From Candidatus Sungiibacteriota bacterium (GTDB lineage: Bacteria > Patescibacteriota > Minisyncoccia > Sungbacterales > HO2-52-23), in NCBI GenBank assembly GCA_016206285.1, contig JACQRW010000007.1, positions 16,455 to 80,454 on the forward strand: DNA of 64,000 nt, given 5' to 3'. Below the pieces are notes generated by a model that did no database searches, was not told where the DNA came from, and worked only from the letters and a program-made list of their open reading frames with translations. Below are positions 56,180 to 64,000 of this stretch, in pieces. A program made the position numbers and the translations under genes. Positions within the stretch are counted from its first letter, which is position 1, and each line of letters begins with the position of its first letter.

Positions 56180-56911
56180 TCAAAACGTCAATCGGCGGAA
56201 TGTTTCCACGTACTTTATGCGTTTTTTCTTTCCGGCCTGCCTGCCGGTAGGCACGGCATCGCGAGCGCGATCGCGCATTCGTTTTTCCATTGCTTTGACA
56301 TCCTTGATCTGGCTTTCGTGAGCCCGAAGAGCTTGTATTTTTTTGTCCATGGTCTTTGACACGTCAACCCACAGATTCGGCTTGTCCGTACCCCAAAACC
56401 AGACTTCTTCAATCTGATGGGGCATGATATTGGCTTTGGCAAGCTCCGGGAAAAAACCAAGTGAACCTGCTGCGGGATAAATTGAATCAAACACCGCTTC
56501 AGCAGTTATCCGATGATCACGATGAAACCTGCCAAAGAGATCAAAGGCATGGTTTCCCGGGTCGTACGCAAGCACAATATCAGGGCGCGCTTCGCGTATC
56601 ACGCGCGTAAGCATTTTGCGCAATGCGAGCGTATTTTCAAGAGACCCGTCAGTCTGGCGAAGAAAAATAACCTCATCCACACCGGCTATTTTTGCCGCAG
56701 TGCGTTGTTCGGCCTCGCGCATGAGCGTCATTGCACGTTTTGACTGGCGCACGTTATGCACCCCCTTCTCACCATTCGTGATAATGCAATAGACTACTTC
56801 GTTACCTTCGCTGGTCAGCCGCGCAACAGTAGCGGAGCATCCGAAGTCAACATCATCGGGATGCGCGGAAAAAACCAGAAATTTTTTCTTTGATCCGACC
56901 AGCGATTTCAT
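56180..56911 (-). CDS. PIG-L/LmbE-family N-acetylglucosaminyl deacetylase
   Basis: VFSAHPDDVDFGCSATVARL (HPDDE-like motif) and overall LmbE layout. Confidence 0.75.
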   Translation of the reverse strand: MKSLVGSKKKFLVFSAHPDDVDFGCSATVARLTSEGNEVVYCIITNGEKGVHNVRQSKRAMTLMREAEQRTAAKIAGVDEVIFLRQTDGSLENTLALRKMLTRVIREARPDIVLAYDPGNHAFDLFGRFHRDHRITAEAVFDSIYPAAGSLGFFPELAKANIMPHQIEEVWFWGTDKPNLWVDVSKTMDKKIQALRAHESQIKDVKAMEKRMRDRARDAVPTGRQAGKKKRIKYVETFRRLTF

Positions 56912-58188
56912 TTCCGTTCCTCAAGTTTTACTTTCACGTCAAATTCCTTGTCATCTCGAAATATGCGCAACGTCACCGTTTCTCCGACTTTGTGCTTCTG
57001 GATCAACGCAGACAAGGGATGATCTATATCAATCCGTTCGCCGTCAAAGAACAAAATAATATCGCCTTCTTTGAGACCGGCAACCGATGCAGGACTTCCG
57101 GTCGCGACTCCTCCTTCGTTCTCGCCTTTTGCGACCAGCGCTCCATAATCGCGCTTCAACCCTTGTTTTGCAGCCAACTCTTTAGAGACAATCACATAAC
57201 GCACCCCAAGAAACGGATAAATAAAACGACCGTATGCTTTTATATTCTCCAGATCGCGCTTTGCCTTGTTAATCGGCAAGGCAAACCCAATACCCTGCGC
57301 GCCGCTTGCAACCGCCGTATTGATCCCAATCACCTCGCCGCGAATATTGAGCAAGGGCCCGCCGGAATTGCCAGGGTTAATCGCAGCATCAGTCTGGATC
57401 AACTCCTGCAAAGCTTCCGGTCCCGAAGCTCCGCCCTGCGCCACTATGGAGCGCTGCAAGCCGGAGATTACGCCAACCGAAACCGTATTGCGGAACTCGC
57501 CAAGCGCGTTGCCGATTGCGATCACCGTCTGGCCGATTTTCACCTGGCTTGAGTCGCCCGGACGCAGCGACGGAAAGTTCGATCCGACCACTTGAAGCAC
57601 GGCCAGGTCCTGGATCGGGTCGCGCGCCAGTACTTTTGCCGGCAGCTTTTTGCCGTCATTCATGAGTACCGTATAGCTCGCTTCTTTGTCCGCAACCACA
57701 TGCTTATTGGTAATGATCAATCCATCAGACGAGACAAAAAAACCTGTTCCCGCGGACACATCCTGTTTCCGAGTTCCTTTTTGGCGCAGCTGCGGAATCT
57801 GAATACTTGGTCCGTTATCTCCAAAAAATTGTTTGAACAAGGGATCATCTCCAAACGGGTCAACATAATATTGCTCCACAATCGGCACATCTTTGCTGGC
57901 AACCACGCTTACCACTGCCGGAGATGCCGATGCAACCACCTTTTCAACCGTGTCCTCCGGACGCACCGGAACCACAACATCATCTTTTATTTTTTCCGGA
58001 GTGGTCTGCGTTATTTTTTCAAGAAATGACGGCCTATGGTATACGATAGTTCCACCGCTTCCCGCCTCCGGCCCGGCAATAAGCGGCCCAAATACACTCA
58101 ATGAAAGAATTGTCCCGATAATCGAAACCACAAAACTTAAAACCACGCTGAATAAAATTAACTGCCGCGTTGTTGGTTGGTGTTCCAT
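56908..58188 (-). CDS. htrA: HtrA/DegP-family serine protease with N-terminal TM helix and C-terminal PDZ domain
   Basis: Catalytic GNSGGPLLN (Ser), His and Asp regions; PDZ-like C-terminus (GDIILFFDGERI). Confidence 0.85.
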   Translation of the reverse strand: MEHQPTTRQLILFSVVLSFVVSIIGTILSLSVFGPLIAGPEAGSGGTIVYHRPSFLEKITQTTPEKIKDDVVVPVRPEDTVEKVVASASPAVVSVVASKDVPIVEQYYVDPFGDDPLFKQFFGDNGPSIQIPQLRQKGTRKQDVSAGTGFFVSSDGLIITNKHVVADKEASYTVLMNDGKKLPAKVLARDPIQDLAVLQVVGSNFPSLRPGDSSQVKIGQTVIAIGNALGEFRNTVSVGVISGLQRSIVAQGGASGPEALQELIQTDAAINPGNSGGPLLNIRGEVIGINTAVASGAQGIGFALPINKAKRDLENIKAYGRFIYPFLGVRYVIVSKELAAKQGLKRDYGALVAKGENEGGVATGSPASVAGLKEGDIILFFDGERIDIDHPLSALIQKHKVGETVTLRIFRDDKEFDVKVKLEERK

Positions 58189-58190
58189 AT

Positions 58191-58424
58191 TTATATCGCC
58201 TCTACTCCGATAATCCCAGGCACCCGCATTTTAAGCAGCTCTTCAACGCCTCCTTTTAGAGTAAGCACGCTCAAGGGGCACCCATCGCACATGCCAAGCA
58301 TTTTAACATAAACTATCCCGTTTTCAAGCCTGACAAACTCAATATCCCCGAGATGCTGCGCCAGCATCGGCCGTATCTCTTCAAGCGCTTCTTTGACTTT
58401 TTTGAACATCATCGGCTGTTCCAT
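58191..58424 (-). CDS. nfuA: NifU C-terminal-domain (Nfu-type) Fe-S cluster carrier protein
   Basis: GIVYVKMLGMCDGCPLSVLTLKGGVEELL (CxxC motif of the Nfu domain). Start site uncertain (M23/M27). Confidence 0.6.
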   Translation of the reverse strand: MEQPMMFKKVKEALEEIRPMLAQHLGDIEFVRLENGIVYVKMLGMCDGCPLSVLTLKGGVEELLKMRVPGIIGVEAI

Positions 58425-58774
58425 CCTATTATTTTTCCTAAAATGTGCTGTTTGTTTATGACTCCGAAATTCCTGCTCGATGCCCCCCACAAAACCACAC
58501 TTCCAACATCATATCCGTCTACCCGCACACCAAGAACCTTTTTTACCAAAATCTGTCCGGAACCATTCGGGTTGCCAAACACGAGAAAATCCCCCGCTCC
58601 TATAGACCCCCATCCGCTTGCCCAATACAACTTGCCCTGCACTAAACTGGGCCAGCAGCTTTCACCGCTCACCCGCACCCGAAATAATATTTTCTTAATA
58701 GAGCTTATCGGTAATAGCCTGATATGCTTCATACCGTTCCGGAACTTTTTTTGCCTCGTAAAATATTTTTGCAA
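58409..58774 (-). CDS. Signal-peptidase-I (S26)-like small peptidase, candidate NiSOD maturation protease (SodX-like)
   Basis: SGESCWPSL (box B-like, Ser nucleophile), GDFLVF (box C), ILVKKVLGV (box D Lys) and GASSRNFG (box E-like). Lies immediately downstream of sodN. Start codon uncertain; overlaps sodN 3' end. Confidence 0.45.
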   Translation of the reverse strand: MQKYFTRQKKFRNGMKHIRLLPISSIKKILFRVRVSGESCWPSLVQGKLYWASGWGSIGAGDFLVFGNPNGSGQILVKKVLGVRVDGYDVGSVVLWGASSRNFGVINKQHILGKIIGWNSR

Positions 58775-59153
58775 TCCCGTCTACCGCCTCAACTAATTTT
58801 TGCGCCGCATCCGCGTTGACCTCCTGCTTATTTTTTGAACACAGCTTTACGGCATCCCAGAACAAAACATGCAGATTCGGAAACTGTTCCAGATGCTCCG
58901 ATTTAAAAAAATCCGTCCAGAGAATCAACAATTCTTTCTTACAAAGCTCGGCGTGCTGTTCTTTTACCGCGATACGCCGGCTGATCATGTTGGCGTGATT
59001 TGCAATCGAATGGCTGTCCGTGCTTTGGGGCGGCTGTATTTCATCCAATTGCTGTACCATCCGCGCCACAGTCTTTGCTGCGATCTTTGCCGGAGTCGGA
59101 TCATACACACCGCATGGAATGTCACAGTGGGCATCTGCAGTAATTGTAGGCAT
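58695..59153 (-). CDS. sodN: Nickel-containing superoxide dismutase precursor
   Basis: HCDIPCGVYDP Ni-hook motif preceded by a short leader (MPTITADA). Start taken at the ATG with a GGAA ribosome-binding site; upstream in-frame extension to 59309 is unlikely because it spans the dyad-repeat array. Confidence 0.75.
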   Translation of the reverse strand: MPTITADAHCDIPCGVYDPTPAKIAAKTVARMVQQLDEIQPPQSTDSHSIANHANMISRRIAVKEQHAELCKKELLILWTDFFKSEHLEQFPNLHVLFWDAVKLCSKNKQEVNADAAQKLVEAVDGIAKIFYEAKKVPERYEAYQAITDKLY

Positions 59154-59211
59154 AATTTCCGATAGATATTTTACAATTTGCATAGAAGTGATATTAATTT
59201 TTAATTTCCAG

Positions 59212-59311
59212 TTTTGAATTTTGAATGAAATTTGAATGACTGAATGAGGACTCGAAGCGCCGTTTCTTAATTCGCTCATTCTTACATTCATTCGAAATTC
59301 AGAATTCAAAA
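59212..59311. promoter_or_regulatory. Dyad-symmetric array of GAATG/TGAAT pentamers (left) and CATTC/ATTCA (right) flanking a 26-nt centre, upstream of sodN and downstream of the ferredoxin gene
   Basis: ttttgaattttgaatgaaatttgaatgactgaatgag ... ctcattcttacattcattcgaaattcagaattcaaaa: imperfect 37-nt inverted arms built from about 4 pentamer repeats each. Confidence 0.5.
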
Positions 59312-59324
59312 TTAGAAATGAACA

Positions 59325-59588
59325 TTACGGGTATATCTGATTTCCTTCTTCGTCAAAAATAAGTATGGCTTGGGTTGGACATGATTGAGCGGCCAGCAAG
59401 ATTGTTTCGGCATCCGCCCCCTTGTCGTTGTAGACTATCGCTTTATTTTCCGAATCAAGCTCAAACACTCCCGGCGCTACTGCAATGCACGACGCGGCCC
59501 CAATACACAAATTCCGATCGACAATAATCTTGCCGATCTTGAGCGTTTTTTTGGGAGGCAGCTGATTGTCTTCTTGTACAGGTTCCAT
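59325..59588 (-). CDS. fdx: Single-cluster 4Fe-4S ferredoxin
   Basis: CIGAASCIAVAP...C...SCP cysteine pattern; 87 aa. Confidence 0.75.
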   Translation of the reverse strand: MEPVQEDNQLPPKKTLKIGKIIVDRNLCIGAASCIAVAPGVFELDSENKAIVYNDKGADAETILLAAQSCPTQAILIFDEEGNQIYP

Positions 59589-59598
59589 CTCTTATACT

Positions 59599-59958
59599 CT
59601 ACACCATTCTTTGAATCGCCTCAAGAGCGGCCAAAGCACACTTCATCCGTGCCGGCATAACAGTAATACCCAGAAGTCCCTCTATATGCATATATGTCAT
59701 CTCTCGTATCTCTTGTTTCGTTTTACCTTGTATATCCTCAAATAGAAGTGATGCCGCAGCCCGGCTGATCACGCATCCTTCATGCTCAAAACATACCCCC
59801 GCAATCTGCTCACCGATAAAACGCATACGTACCGTAATCACGTCTCCGCACAAGGGATTTGAGTACCGTTGCTCCGCGCTAAACTCCGGCCATAGCCCGT
59901 AGTTGCGGGGGCGATAGTAATGCGACATGATTTTTTCGGAGTAAAGAGAATCGGACAT
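59599..59958 (-). CDS. sufU: SUF-system Fe-S cluster assembly scaffold/sulfur-transfer protein (SufU/IscU-like)
   Basis: NPLCGD, EHEGCVIS and RMKCA conserved Cys motifs. Confidence 0.8.
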   Translation of the reverse strand: MSDSLYSEKIMSHYYRPRNYGLWPEFSAEQRYSNPLCGDVITVRMRFIGEQIAGVCFEHEGCVISRAAASLLFEDIQGKTKQEIREMTYMHIEGLLGITVMPARMKCALAALEAIQRMV

Positions 59959-60049
59959 AAATTAAACGCGCGAGTTGATAGATAGATAAACTTGTGCTAC
60001 TCATTTATTATTATAGGGTTCGATCATTCACACAGAAAGGAACAAGAAC

Positions 60050-60469
60050 ATGCGTGACTATATAAAGCGATTTGGCTACTCTCCGGTAGAAAGGGCAATC
60101 GCCCGCATTATTATGGCTACAGAAATTTACCGGGATTGCCGCGATCTACGAGCGCGCGCAGAAAAGATAAGGAAATTTCAACATGATCCTGATAGATTTT
60201 CAACTGTTGCCGATAGTATAGCGCGAATAAGAGAACAATACGATAAGATATTTGCGCTTGTGGGCACCCCGGACGAATGGGGAAACTCGTGCAAAAATCC
60301 CCAAGCCGTTATTGCAGAGGCGATCATTGCAGTCGTAGAGACATATGGAAGCGCATATGGTGATCTTCTTTTCAGGATCAGAGATGCGAAATCTCTTGTC
60401 AATCTATGTACGCATGGTCTCACAGATCAACAACGTAAAATTTTTGCCGACTGGCACAATTATTTATAA
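60050..60469 (+). CDS. Hypothetical protein (139 aa) on opposite strand within the suf cluster
   Basis: ORF with AGGAA ribosome-binding site about 8 nt upstream; no recognisable motif. Confidence 0.45.
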   Translation: MRDYIKRFGYSPVERAIARIIMATEIYRDCRDLRARAEKIRKFQHDPDRFSTVADSIARIREQYDKIFALVGTPDEWGNSCKNPQAVIAEAIIAVVETYGSAYGDLLFRIRDAKSLVNLCTHGLTDQQRKIFADWHNYL

Positions 60470-60579
60470 CACCCCCAATATATTATGTATTGGGGAATTT
60501 TATTTCTCCTACCACTAAAGTAATATCCGATCGGTCATTACTGTAGTGGCAATATGCGCGGGCTTTTGGAAATTCATGG

Positions 60580-61803
60580 CTATCTGATCGCTAACAGAGC
60601 CGAAGCCTTTTCAATCCCCTCTGTCAGACGCTCAACATCTTCTTTCGTATTATACACCCAAAAACTTGCGCGCGAAGTTGCCGGTACGCCAAGGTGCCGC
60701 ATGAGCGGCTGCGCGCAGTGGTGGCCGGCGCGGATGCAGATGTTATCGCGATCGAGGATCGTAGCAAGATCGTGCGGATGAATACCTTTGAGCATAAAAC
60801 TTGCCACGCCGCCACGGTCTTTCGCATCAGACGGACCAAATATTTTCATGCCCTTTATGCCGCCGAGTCGGGAAAATAATTCGGTTGTCAATTCCTCGTC
60901 GATTTTTCTGATCTCGTCAAATCCAATTTTTTGAATATATGTGATTGCTGCAGCAAGCCCGACTGCCCCGCTCACATTCGGCGTACCCGCTTCAAACTTT
61001 GCCGGCAATAAGGCAAATTCCGTATGTTCAAAAGAGACCTCGTTAATCATGCCCCCGCCGCGCAAAAACGGCGGCATATCTGCCAGTAATTCTTCACGGC
61101 CATACAGTACGCCAATACCGGTCGGCCCTCCCATTTTATGTCCGGAAAATACCAGAAAGTCACAGCCGATGTCTTGCACGTCTGTCGCCAGATGGCCGAT
61201 GCTTTGAGCAGCATCCACCAAAAATAAAATATTGCGCTCGCGAAAAAGTTTTCCCATCTCCGCAACCGGATTGATCGTACCCAGCACGTGCGATACATGC
61301 GAAAACGCCGCAAGTTTCGTCCGTGGATGCAGCATGTTAAACACCGAGTGTTTAACATCGATCAGCCCGTCCTTATCTGCATCAACGACATCCAGTACTA
61401 TTCCTTTTTCTTCCGCCAGCATCTGCCACGGCAGCATATTGGAGTGATGCTCCGCACGAGAAATCAAAACATGATCGCCTTCAACGAGTATGCTCTTCCC
61501 AAGCGCGTACGCAACCAGATTAATACCTTCGGTCGTGTTGCGCGTAAAAATAATCTCATTCACCGACCGGGCATTTATAAATGCCCGCACCGTTTCCCGC
61601 GCAGCCTCGTATTTTTCCGTTGCCAATTCCGACAGCGCATAAATTCCCCGGTGCACATTTGCATGCGCTTCCTCATCATGTTGCCGAACCGCATCAATCG
61701 CCTGCTGCGGCATCTGGGCCATAGCCGCAGAATCCAAATAGACCAAGGACTTGTCCTGTTTTTTGTAACGGTTAAAGATGGGAAAATCACTTTTATAGTT
61801 CAT
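60580..61803 (-). CDS. sufS: Cysteine desulfurase SufS (class V aminotransferase)
   Basis: FSGHKMGGPTGIGVL (PLP Lys) and RAGHHCAQPL (catalytic Cys loop). Start taken at the ATG for MNYKSDFPIF. Confidence 0.85.
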   Translation of the reverse strand: MNYKSDFPIFNRYKKQDKSLVYLDSAAMAQMPQQAIDAVRQHDEEAHANVHRGIYALSELATEKYEAARETVRAFINARSVNEIIFTRNTTEGINLVAYALGKSILVEGDHVLISRAEHHSNMLPWQMLAEEKGIVLDVVDADKDGLIDVKHSVFNMLHPRTKLAAFSHVSHVLGTINPVAEMGKLFRERNILFLVDAAQSIGHLATDVQDIGCDFLVFSGHKMGGPTGIGVLYGREELLADMPPFLRGGGMINEVSFEHTEFALLPAKFEAGTPNVSGAVGLAAAITYIQKIGFDEIRKIDEELTTELFSRLGGIKGMKIFGPSDAKDRGGVASFMLKGIHPHDLATILDRDNICIRAGHHCAQPLMRHLGVPATSRASFWVYNTKEDVERLTEGIEKASALLAIR

Positions 61804-61892
61804 GCAAGATCTTGAAAAAAATATGCAGTAGTATATCTTAGACAAAATGTACCTTCAAAAACTGGCTATATAAAAATAAGGAGCTACGTGCA

Positions 61893-62336
61893 ATGGCGAC
61901 TATTATCTACGCTCATCCGATTTTGACCGTGATTATAATTCTTTATATCCCCTTCTTAGTATACTCCCTCTGCCTATATTATCAGCGGTGCATAAAACCG
62001 GAATTGGGTCGATCAACGCCTCTGGGTCTATTTCTTCTTTTCGTAAATGGCGTAACCGCGGTATGTCTTACTCCATGGATTATGGCGCTCAACTCTCTGT
62101 TTTTCAGATTGCCTTATTATATAACCCGCATGGGCGTACAACAAAAGATCGCAAATATCATTGTTCACTCTCCGCTCTTTGCTGTTATTACGTATATCTT
62201 ATGGATCATCATAAACTTTTTAACCGAATACACTCCGATTCAGTTCGAGAGAGCAGCACTATGGACTGTCTCTTTCATCTGCAGCATATGGTTCAATATC
62301 ATCTTTGAGATAATATGGCCACACTACGAAAAATAA
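61893..62336 (+). CDS. Small hydrophobic membrane protein (147 aa, about 4 TM), AT-rich
   Basis: Strongly hydrophobic ORF on the opposite strand between sufS and sufD; no motif. Confidence 0.4.
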   Translation: MATIIYAHPILTVIIILYIPFLVYSLCLYYQRCIKPELGRSTPLGLFLLFVNGVTAVCLTPWIMALNSLFFRLPYYITRMGVQQKIANIIVHSPLFAVITYILWIIINFLTEYTPIQFERAALWTVSFICSIWFNIIFEIIWPHYEK

Positions 62337-62346
62337 AGGCCACGGT

Positions 62347-62934
62347 TTACGCTATAGAACTTTGAAAAAATTTTCTCCGATCTTCGTCTGCCAAACTCTT
62401 CACCGCATCCCGGAAAAATTCCGCGAGGAGCAAGCGCTTTCCCTCCTCCTCCGCAATACCGCGGCTTTGCAGATAAAACAATTGCCGCTCGTCAATCCTG
62501 CCGATGCTCGTGCCATGCGACGCCTTTACCTCGTCAGTCAAAATTTCAAGATACGGACACACCTCCGCTCGGGCCTTTGGCGAGACCAGCAGCGCTTTTG
62601 CAAGCAGATACGAATCCGCCCCCTTCGCTCCTTCCCGTATATCAAGCATCCCCTTTACCGTCAGCCGCGACTCATCAAACAGCGCGGCTTTTATAATCGC
62701 CCGGCCGTACGTCTCCGGCGCTTCATGTACAATCGCAATATTCATTTCAGTCTCATCCTTATTTCTGCCAATGTAAAGCATCGTTACTTCCGCCCTGCTT
62801 GCCCGTCCCGCCAACCGGATATTCAGATCAACCGTCTTCGGCAAGTCATCAACAAAAAGAAAAACCTTAACAAAAGCTTCCCGATCTTCCGAAAGAACGA
62901 TTTCTTTTTTTAAAATTCTTGATTCATCGTTCAT
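62347..62934 (-). CDS. sufD: Fe-S cluster assembly protein SufD (short form)
   Basis: C-terminal SHGTSIGRIDERQLFYLQSRGI motif typical of the SufB/SufD C-terminal helix region. Confidence 0.7.
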   Translation of the reverse strand: MNDESRILKKEIVLSEDREAFVKVFLFVDDLPKTVDLNIRLAGRASRAEVTMLYIGRNKDETEMNIAIVHEAPETYGRAIIKAALFDESRLTVKGMLDIREGAKGADSYLLAKALLVSPKARAEVCPYLEILTDEVKASHGTSIGRIDERQLFYLQSRGIAEEEGKRLLLAEFFRDAVKSLADEDRRKFFQSSIA

Positions 62935-62944
62935 AAGCAGTTCT

Positions 62945-64000
62945 TTACCCCACCGCGCCTTCCATTTCCAGTTTTATCAAGCGATTCATCTCAACTGCAT
63001 AATCAACCGGCAGGTATTTCATGAGCGGCTCGAAGAAGCCGGTTACGATGAGGGAAGATGCCTCCACTTCGGACAGGCCGCGCGAGCGGAGATAAAACAA
63101 TTCTTTCTCGCCGATCTTCGATACTTTTGCCTCATGCTCCACGCGCACGTCCTCTTCATCTATCTTTAAAGTGGGGTAGGTATCGGAGCGGGACTGCGGA
63201 TCAAGAATGAGGGCATCGCACCGCACCGTGATGCGCGAGTTTTTTGCTCCCCGAACCGCACGGCTCAAACCCCGATATGAAGTTCTGCCGCCGCCGAACG
63301 AAACCGATTTTGAAATTACATTTGATCTCGTATCCGGCGCCATATGTATCATCTTTGCTCCGGCATCCTGATGCTGGCCCGGACCTGCCATGGCGATCGA
63401 GAGCGTATCCGCGCTCGCTCCCCTGCCCGAGAGAAAAACAGACGGATACTTCATGGTTACTTTTGATCCAAGGTTGCAATCAATCCATTCCACAAATGCG
63501 CCCTCTTCAGCACGCGCACGCTTGGTCACCAGATTGTATACGTTGTTCGACCAGTTTTGCACGGTCATGTACCGCACCCGGCTGTGCGGCTTTGCAATAA
63601 TCTCCACCACTGCGGCATGCAGCGAATCAGTGGCGTAGACAGGAGCGGTGCATCCCTCCAGATACTGCACCTCGCTTCCCTCGTCCGCGATAATAAGCGT
63701 ACGCTCGAACTGGCCGAAATTTTGCGCATTGATGCGGAAATACGCCTGCAGCGGCATCTCCACCTTCACGCCCGGCGGCACATAAATAAAACTACCGCCC
63801 GACCACGCCGCGGAGTTGAGTGCGGCAAATTTATTATCTCCCATGGGAATCACCGTACCGAAATATTGTTTGACCAGATCGGGATATTCCCGCACCGCCG
63901 TATCCATATCCACGAATATCACTCCCTTGCGCAGCAGGTTTTTGCGCAACGCATGGTAGATCACGTCCGAATCATACTGCGCTGCGGCACCGGCAAAAAA
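62945..64000 (-). CDS. sufB: Fe-S cluster assembly protein SufB, N-terminus beyond window end
   Basis: [25 protein letters not shown] and the beta-helix core ([24 protein letters not shown]). Frame is open to the window edge. Confidence 0.85.
   Translation of the reverse strand, partial: FFAGAAAQYDSDVIYHALRKNLLRKGVIFVDMDTAVREYPDLVKQYFGTVIPMGDNKFAALNSAAWSGGSFIYVPPGVKVEMPLQAYFRINAQNFGQFERTLIIADEGSEVQYLEGCTAPVYATDSLHAAVVEIIAKPHSRVRYMTVQNWSNNVYNLVTKRARAEEGAFVEWIDCNLGSKVTMKYPSVFLSGRGASADTLSIAMAGPGQHQDAGAKMIHMAPDTRSNVISKSVSFGGGRTSYRGLSRAVRGAKNSRITVRCDALILDPQSRSDTYPTLKIDEEDVRVEHEAKVSKIGEKELFYLRSRGLSEVEASSLIVTGFFEPLMKYLPVDYAVEMNRLIKLEMEGAVG

Noticed and set aside
58353-58796. Plus-strand ORF (147 aa) overlapping the SodX-like peptidase region
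   Set aside because: Pro/Thr/Leu-rich translation without motifs; the minus-strand frame shows S26 peptidase boxes in the correct order.
58695-59309. Full-length 204-aa version of the sodN ORF from the track
   Set aside because: The N-terminal 50 residues would be encoded by the pentamer dyad array and have no function in NiSOD. NiSOD precursors have short leaders directly before HCD. The ATG at 59153 has a GGAA ribosome-binding site.
1-64000. CRISPR arrays, tRNA/rRNA genes, transposases/integrases
   Set aside because: No regularly spaced direct repeats and no cloverleaf-like conserved tRNA segments. No rRNA-like stretches, DDE/tyrosine-recombinase motifs or terminal inverted repeats were found by eye. 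A computational scan (tRNAscan, Infernal, ISfinder) is needed to be certain.

Overview
Most of this 64-kb window (about 1-43.3 kb) is one very large surface-glycan biosynthesis locus that exports through the ABC-transporter-dependent route. The first gene is a 5'-truncated Wzt-type ATP-binding protein (wzt) with a C-terminal glycan-terminus-binding extension. The locus contains at least 15 glycosyltransferase domains (GT2, GT4, GT11 and GT-C types) and 7 SAM-dependent methyltransferases, including a sugar C-methyltransferase and a CmcI-type O-methyltransferase. It also encodes many sugar-nucleotide tailoring enzymes: SDR dehydratases/epimerases, a UXS-like decarboxylase, a short NDP-sugar dehydrogenase, a YerE/acetolactate-synthase-like TPP enzyme, a class-I aminotransferase, an aldo-keto reductase, an AsnB-type amidotransferase, two Nudix hydrolases and a nucleotidyltransferase.

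The most unusual element is a translationally coupled ATP-citrate-lyase-like trio (SucC-like ATP-grasp protein, SucD-like CoA-binding protein with a GHAGA loop, and a citrate-synthase-fold protein carrying the GYGHRIYK signature) fused into an operon with a hexapeptide acetyltransferase. A GT2(Dpm1-like)-zinc-ribbon-methyltransferase fusion sits next to a GT-C (PMT/ArnT-like) enzyme. Immediately downstream are surface proteins: a PKD-domain protein, a TPR protein, and a 1239-aa Thr/Ser/Gly-rich protein with a peptidoglycan-binding domain and a Pro/Thr linker. This resembles an S-layer-glycosylation arrangement.

The remaining genes are housekeeping: galU, two four-helix-bundle (IVS/Avd-family) proteins, nth, clpB, a PIG-L deacetylase and htrA. 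An Fe-S/oxidative-stress cluster follows: Nfu, an S26 peptidase (SodX-like), nickel superoxide dismutase (sodN), ferredoxin, sufU, sufS, sufD and a partial sufB.

Non-coding signals worth noting are two 36-bp GTATACAAATT-N14-AATTTGTATAC palindromes placed precisely between genes, a 131-nt stretch shared with 100% identity by two methyltransferase paralogs, a ~100-nt conversion tract between tandem GT2 paralogs, and a 7-nt x4 tandem repeat inside a GT4 gene. A GAATG/CATTC dyad array lies upstream of sodN, there are two good rho-independent terminators, and three perfect DnaA-box 9-mers occur. No rRNA, tRNA, CRISPR array or mobile element was detected by eye. All functional calls are motif-based inferences from translated ORFs; no database search was possible.
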